Shown here piece by piece: positions 28,201 through 32,000 of a DNA stretch of 32,000 nt. The translations under genes and the position numbers were made by a program. This DNA is from Synechococcus elongatus PCC 6301 (GTDB lineage: Bacteria > Cyanobacteriota > Cyanobacteriia > Synechococcales > Synechococcaceae). The DNA is taken from assembly GCF_000010065.1 (NCBI RefSeq), contig NC_006576.1:2640001-2672000 (forward strand), read 5' to 3'. The notes under the pieces are model-generated. The model was not told the DNA's origin, ran no database searches, and saw only the letters and a list, made by a program, of their open reading frames with translations. Each line of letters opens with the position of its first letter. The first letter of the stretch is position 1.

Positions 28201-29505
28201 CTAGCGATCCAAAGATTGCTGGCGCAGCCGCACCGATTCGGCGTGGGATTCCAGACCCTCCGCCGTCGCCAGCACATCCACCGCTCGTGCCACCCGTTGC
28301 AAGGAAGCCGCTGTGTACTCAATCAGGCTGGAGGACTTGAGGAAGGTTTCCACACTCAGGGCTGAGGCATAACGAGCGGCCCCGGAGGTTGGCAGGGTGT
28401 GGTTGGGCCCCGCCACATAGTCGCCGATCGCTTCTGGTGTTAGAGAACCAAGGAAGATCGCCCCCGCATGGCGAACCTGCTCCACCAGGGCCCATGGATC
28501 TTCGACTTCCAGTTCCAGGTGCTCGGGCGCAAACTGATTCGAGAGTTTGACCGCTGTCTCCAGCGAGTCCACCACAATCGCAAGGCCGTAGTGGGCGATC
28601 GCTTTTTCGGTGACCAATCGGCGCGGATGATCCTGCAGCTGCCGCTCAACTTCAAAGCCGACCTGCGTCGCTAGCTCCAGATCGGGCGTAATCAGAATTG
28701 CTGCGGCGAGCGGATCATGTTCGGCCTGCGCCAAGAGATCAGCTGCTACCCAGCGCGGATTAGCACTGCGATCGGCAATGATCAACACCTCAGATGGTCC
28801 GGCTAGGGAATCGATCCCGACGGTGCCGTAAACCAGTTTCTTAGCCAGCGTCACATAGATGTTGCCGGGGCCGCTGATCACGTCGACTTTGGGAATCGTT
28901 GCGGTGCCGTAGGCCAAGGCTGCGATCGCCTGGGCTCCACCGACTCGGTAAATCTCTTCAATGCCCGCCTCTTGTGCAGCCACCAACACGGCCGGATTCA
29001 AGCTGCCATCAGGTCCTGGCGGCGTGGTGATCACAACCCGTTCGACCCCTGCAACCTTGGCGGGAACCGCATTCATCAGCACAGTGCTGGGATAAGCAGC
29101 GCGCCCCCCCGGGACGTAGAGACCAGCGCGATCGACGGGGGTGTAGCGCTTGCCGAGGACTTCGCCATCAGCGCCAAACTGCACCCAGCTTTTGGGCACC
29201 CGCTGGCGGTGAAAGGCTTCAATTTGATGGTGGGCAAGACGAATCGCGTCGAGGAGCTCCTTCGGGATCTGCTGATAGGCCGCATCTAGCTCTGCGCCAC
29301 TGACTCGCAGGTTCTCGGCCTGCAGTGCAAAACCATCAAATTCTTGGGTGAATTCAATCAGAGCGGCATCGCCGCGTCGCTGGACCGCTTGGACAATTTC
29401 CCGGACGCTCGCTTCGCGATGGACGACGGCATCATCATGGGTGCGATCGCAGATGCGCTCAAGTTCTGCCTGAGCTTCAGCGAGGTGAGAAACAATTCGC
29501 AGCAT
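28201..29505 (-). CDS. hisD: Histidinol dehydrogenase
   Basis: Trimmed to the ATG at 29505 (MLRIVSH...). Motifs YVPGGRAAYPSTVLM, GPGNIYV, AQAEHD and APEHLEL are present. Confidence 0.95.
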   Translation of the reverse strand: MLRIVSHLAEAQAELERICDRTHDDAVVHREASVREIVQAVQRRGDAALIEFTQEFDGFALQAENLRVSGAELDAAYQQIPKELLDAIRLAHHQIEAFHRQRVPKSWVQFGADGEVLGKRYTPVDRAGLYVPGGRAAYPSTVLMNAVPAKVAGVERVVITTPPGPDGSLNPAVLVAAQEAGIEEIYRVGGAQAIAALAYGTATIPKVDVISGPGNIYVTLAKKLVYGTVGIDSLAGPSEVLIIADRSANPRWVAADLLAQAEHDPLAAAILITPDLELATQVGFEVERQLQDHPRRLVTEKAIAHYGLAIVVDSLETAVKLSNQFAPEHLELEVEDPWALVEQVRHAGAIFLGSLTPEAIGDYVAGPNHTLPTSGAARYASALSVETFLKSSSLIEYTAASLQRVARAVDVLATAEGLESHAESVRLRQQSLDR

Positions 29506-29661
29506 GACCCCATCCAGCAGCGGAACCCAGAATGACAAGGGCTCTCGAAGGACGAAACAGTCCTAAACCTTGAGCCCGAAAGTCCTTTCAGCTTATCGCG
29601 AGTCCCGATTGGGCGGCTCTGTTGCAGCCGAACTGCGAGATCAGCAGAATTGTATGAAACC

Positions 29662-29670
29662 TGATATGAT
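29662..29670 (+). promoter_or_regulatory. Possible extended -10 element (TGaTATGAT) for rpsT
   Basis: TG at 29662-29663 plus TATGAT at 29665-29670, about 40 nt upstream of the GTG start. There is no convincing -35 element. Confidence 0.35.
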
Positions 29671-29710
29671 CGTTGACTGTGCGATCTACAACAGACGGAT
29701 TTTCTGAGCT

Positions 29711-30007
29711 GTGGCTAATATCAAGTCTGCCATCAAACGTGTCCAGATCGCGGAGCGCAACCGCCTCCGCAACAAGGCCTACAAGTCAGCAGTTAAAACG
29801 CTGGTCAAACACTGCTTTACGGCCTTCGACGCCTATGCGGCAGACCCCAACGAAACGGCCCGCCAAGCAGTGAACGAACGCCTCTCGGCGGCCTACAGCA
29901 AAATCGACAAAGCAGTGAAGCGCGGCGTCTTGCATGCCAATACCGGTGCGCGTAAAAAAGCTCGCCTTGCTAAAGCCTTCCACCTGAAGGTTGACCCCCA
30001 GGCCTAG
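29711..30007 (+). CDS. rpsT: 30S ribosomal protein S20
   Basis: GTG start. The 98-aa product begins [30 protein letters not shown]. Confidence 0.95.
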   Translation: MANIKSAIKRVQIAERNRLRNKAYKSAVKTLVKHCFTAFDAYAADPNETARQAVNERLSAAYSKIDKAVKRGVLHANTGARKKARLAKAFHLKVDPQA

Positions 30008-30073
30008 ACTGCGATCGACCCTCACTGTAGGGCTATTGCTGTTCACTGTTGCTGGGATTGTCGACCTCACTCA

Positions 30074-30871
30074 ATGCAGCTCGTCGATACTCACGTTCAC
30101 CTCAATTTCGACTGCTTCGCGGCAGAACTCGATGCCGTAGCAGACCAATGGCGCCAAGCGGGTGTAGCTCGCTTGGTGCATTCCTGTGTCACGCCGGCGG
30201 AATTTCCGGAACTCCAAGCCATCGCCGATCGCTTCCCGGAAGTGTCGTTGGCGGTGGGCCTGCATCCCCTTGATGTAGAGCTTTGGCAGGATGGCACGGC
30301 AACTGAAATTGAAGCGTTAGCGCGGTCTGATCAACGAGTCGTGGCGATCGGCGAAACGGGTTTGGACTTTTTCAAGTCCGAAGACCATGTGCGTCAATAC
30401 GCCGCTGTAGAAGCCCAGTTGGCGATCGCGCGATCGCTGGATCTGCCGGTAATTTTGCATTGCCGAGAGGCGGCTGCCGCCATGGCGGCTGTTTTGCGAT
30501 CGCAGCAGTCTCAGCCCGGTACCCTGCGAGGGGTGATGCATTGCTGGGGCGGCACGCCGGAGGAAACCCGCTGGTTTCTCGATCTTGGCTTCTACGTCAG
30601 CTTCAGTGGCACCCTCACCTTTGGCAAAGCAGAGACAATTCGCGACTCTGCCCGCCTTGTCCCCAGCGATCGCCTACTGATTGAAACGGATTGCCCGTCT
30701 CTTGCGCCGGTTCCCAAACGGGGCAAGCGCAACGAACCCGCTTTCGTCCAGCATGTGGCGGCTCGTATGTCTGAAGTTCGCTCTGAACCCCTTGAGGCGA
30801 TCGCGGCAACCACCACCCGCAACGCCTTCGACCTGTTCCGTTTACCGACCGCTCTACCGCAAGTTGCTTAA
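30074..30871 (+). CDS. tatD: TatD-family metal-dependent hydrolase/DNase
   Basis: 265 aa. The N-terminal VDTHVHLNF motif (HxH), [13 protein letters not shown] and ETDCP motifs are present. Confidence 0.9.
   Translation: MQLVDTHVHLNFDCFAAELDAVADQWRQAGVARLVHSCVTPAEFPELQAIADRFPEVSLAVGLHPLDVELWQDGTATEIEALARSDQRVVAIGETGLDFFKSEDHVRQYAAVEAQLAIARSLDLPVILHCREAAAAMAAVLRSQQSQPGTLRGVMHCWGGTPEETRWFLDLGFYVSFSGTLTFGKAETIRDSARLVPSDRLLIETDCPSLAPVPKRGKRNEPAFVQHVAARMSEVRSEPLEAIAATTTRNAFDLFRLPTALPQVA
30422..30437. repeat. Two abutting HIP1 octamers (GCGATCGCGCGATCGC); a representative of the dispersed HIP1 repeat
   Basis: Read directly from the sequence, inside tatD. HIP1 copies occur throughout the window, for example at 545-552, 798-805, 1318-1325, 1487-1494 and 12900-12907. 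Confidence 0.95.
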
Positions 30872-30893
30872 ATTCTTAAGCGATCGGCAAGGG

Positions 30894-30921
30894 TTGTCAA
30901 AGACCGTTACAATTGTAGATT
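30894..30921 (+). promoter_or_regulatory. Putative sigma-70-type promoter of rpoB
   Basis: -35 TTGTCA (30894-30899), a 16-nt spacer, then -10 TAGATT (30916-30921). It is followed by a GCGC-UUCG-GCGC hairpin and the SD GAGGAGA. Confidence 0.5.
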
Positions 30922-30953
30922 CGCGCTTCGGCGCTAAACGACCGAGGAGACGC

Positions 30954-32000
30954 ATGGCTGAGCAAACGCAACTCGCTCCCGCTGCCTTCCATTTACCTGA
31001 TCTCGTTGCCATTCAACGGAACAGCTTCCGTTGGTTCCTAGAAGAAGGGCTCATTGAGGAGCTGGAAAGCTTTTCACCAATCACCGACTATACCGGTAAG
31101 CTTGAGCTTCACTTCCTCGGTAAGCAGTATAAGCTCAAGCGCCCGAAGTACGACGTTGATGAAGCAAAACGGCGTGACGGCACCTACTCGGTTCAAATGT
31201 ATGTGCCGACCCGTTTGATCAACAAAGAAACGGGCGAAATCAAGGAGCAGGAAGTCTTTATTGGCGATCTGCCCCTGATGACTGATCGCGGCACCTTCAT
31301 CATCAACGGTGCCGAACGGGTGATCGTCAACCAGATCGTCCGTAGCCCCGGCGTCTACTACAAATCAGAGCGCGACAAGAACGGTCGCCTCACCCACAAT
31401 GCCAGCCTGATCCCCAACCGTGGCGCTTGGCTGAAATTTGAAACCGATAAAAACGGTTTAGTTTGGGTGCGCATCGACAAGACGCGTAAGTTGTCGGCGC
31501 AGGTACTGCTGAAAGCCTTGGGCCTGAGCGACAACGAAATTTACGACAAGCTCCGTCACCCTGAGTATTACCAGAAGACCATCGATAAAGAAGGTCAGTT
31601 CAGCGAAGACGAAGCGCTGATGGAGCTCTACCGCAAGCTCCGTCCGGGCGAACCGCCCACGGTCTCTGGCGGTCAGCAATTGCTGGAATCGCGGTTCTTC
31701 GATCCCAAACGCTACGACCTAGGTCGGGTGGGCCGCTACAAGCTCAATAAGAAGCTGGGTCTCAACGTCGCTGATACGGTGCGGACGCTGACATCCGAAG
31801 ATATTTTGGCGGCGATCGACTACCTGATTAACCTCGAGCTTGACTTGGGTGGCTGTGAAGTCGATGACATCGACCACCTCGGCAACCGTCGGGTGCGATC
31901 GGTGGGCGAGCTGCTGCAAAACCAAGTGCGGGTCGGCCTCAACCGCCTAGAGCGGATCATTCGGGAACGGATGACGGTGTCGGATTCCGACAGTCTTTCG
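30954..32000 (+). CDS. rpoB: DNA-directed RNA polymerase beta subunit, 5' part (runs off the window)
   Basis: Missing from the ORF track because there is no stop codon in the window. ATG at 30954 follows the SD GAGGAGA. The translation [54 protein letters not shown]... is canonical RpoB. The frame stays open for 349 codons to position 32000. Confidence 0.95.
   Translation, partial: MAEQTQLAPAAFHLPDLVAIQRNSFRWFLEEGLIEELESFSPITDYTGKLELHFLGKQYKLKRPKYDVDEAKRRDGTYSVQMYVPTRLINKETGEIKEQEVFIGDLPLMTDRGTFIINGAERVIVNQIVRSPGVYYKSERDKNGRLTHNASLIPNRGAWLKFETDKNGLVWVRIDKTRKLSAQVLLKALGLSDNEIYDKLRHPEYYQKTIDKEGQFSEDEALMELYRKLRPGEPPTVSGGQQLLESRFFDPKRYDLGRVGRYKLNKKLGLNVADTVRTLTSEDILAAIDYLINLELDLGGCEVDDIDHLGNRRVRSVGELLQNQVRVGLNRLERIIRERMTVSDSDSLS

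Overview
The window looks like a collinear piece of a Synechococcus elongatus-type (PCC 7942/6301-like) cyanobacterial chromosome. The basis is the protein content and a very high density of the HIP1 octamer GCGATCGC. From memory, the gene order matches the cmpD-to-rpoB interval of S. elongatus; this needs a BLAST check. I call 31 CDS plus two edge fragments: a 33-nt 3' tail at the left edge, and the 5' 1047 nt of rpoB at the right edge. rpoB is missing from the ORF track because it has no stop codon in the window. I also call one tRNA-Val(GAC), two clear rho-independent terminators and three tentative sigma-70-type promoters. Most genes are housekeeping: cmpD, mazG, argB, petF, prmA, serA, leuB, lipA, mnmA, a sigF-type sigma factor, zeta-carotene desaturase, dxr, hisD, rpsT, tatD and rpoB. 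I found no CRISPR array, transposase, integrase, phage gene or recognisable defence or toxin-antitoxin module. I cannot honestly claim a clear, previously undescribed multi-gene system here. Four loci deserve a second look. (1) A compact phospho-signalling cluster at 22616-25547: a histidine-kinase-like protein keeps its H-box but has degenerate ATP-binding boxes, its gene overlaps a histidine-phosphatase-superfamily gene by 29 nt, and a PP2C phosphatase gene converges on the pair. (2) A ~680-bp non-coding interval at 13739-14421, upstream of tRNA-Val. It holds an AT-rich block with three TTTATAAAT palindromic sites, followed by a ~210-nt GC-normal segment with hairpins and a weak terminator-like end, which may be an sRNA. 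(3) A low-GC islet at 10308-12063 carrying a DUF2252-type ORF with kinase-like catalytic motifs. (4) A three-element set of alternative pairings in the leader or intergenic region upstream of the sigF-type gene. Several ORF-track entries were trimmed to internal starts supported by conserved N-termini. Long antisense or alternate-frame ORFs were rejected as GC-rich shadow ORFs.
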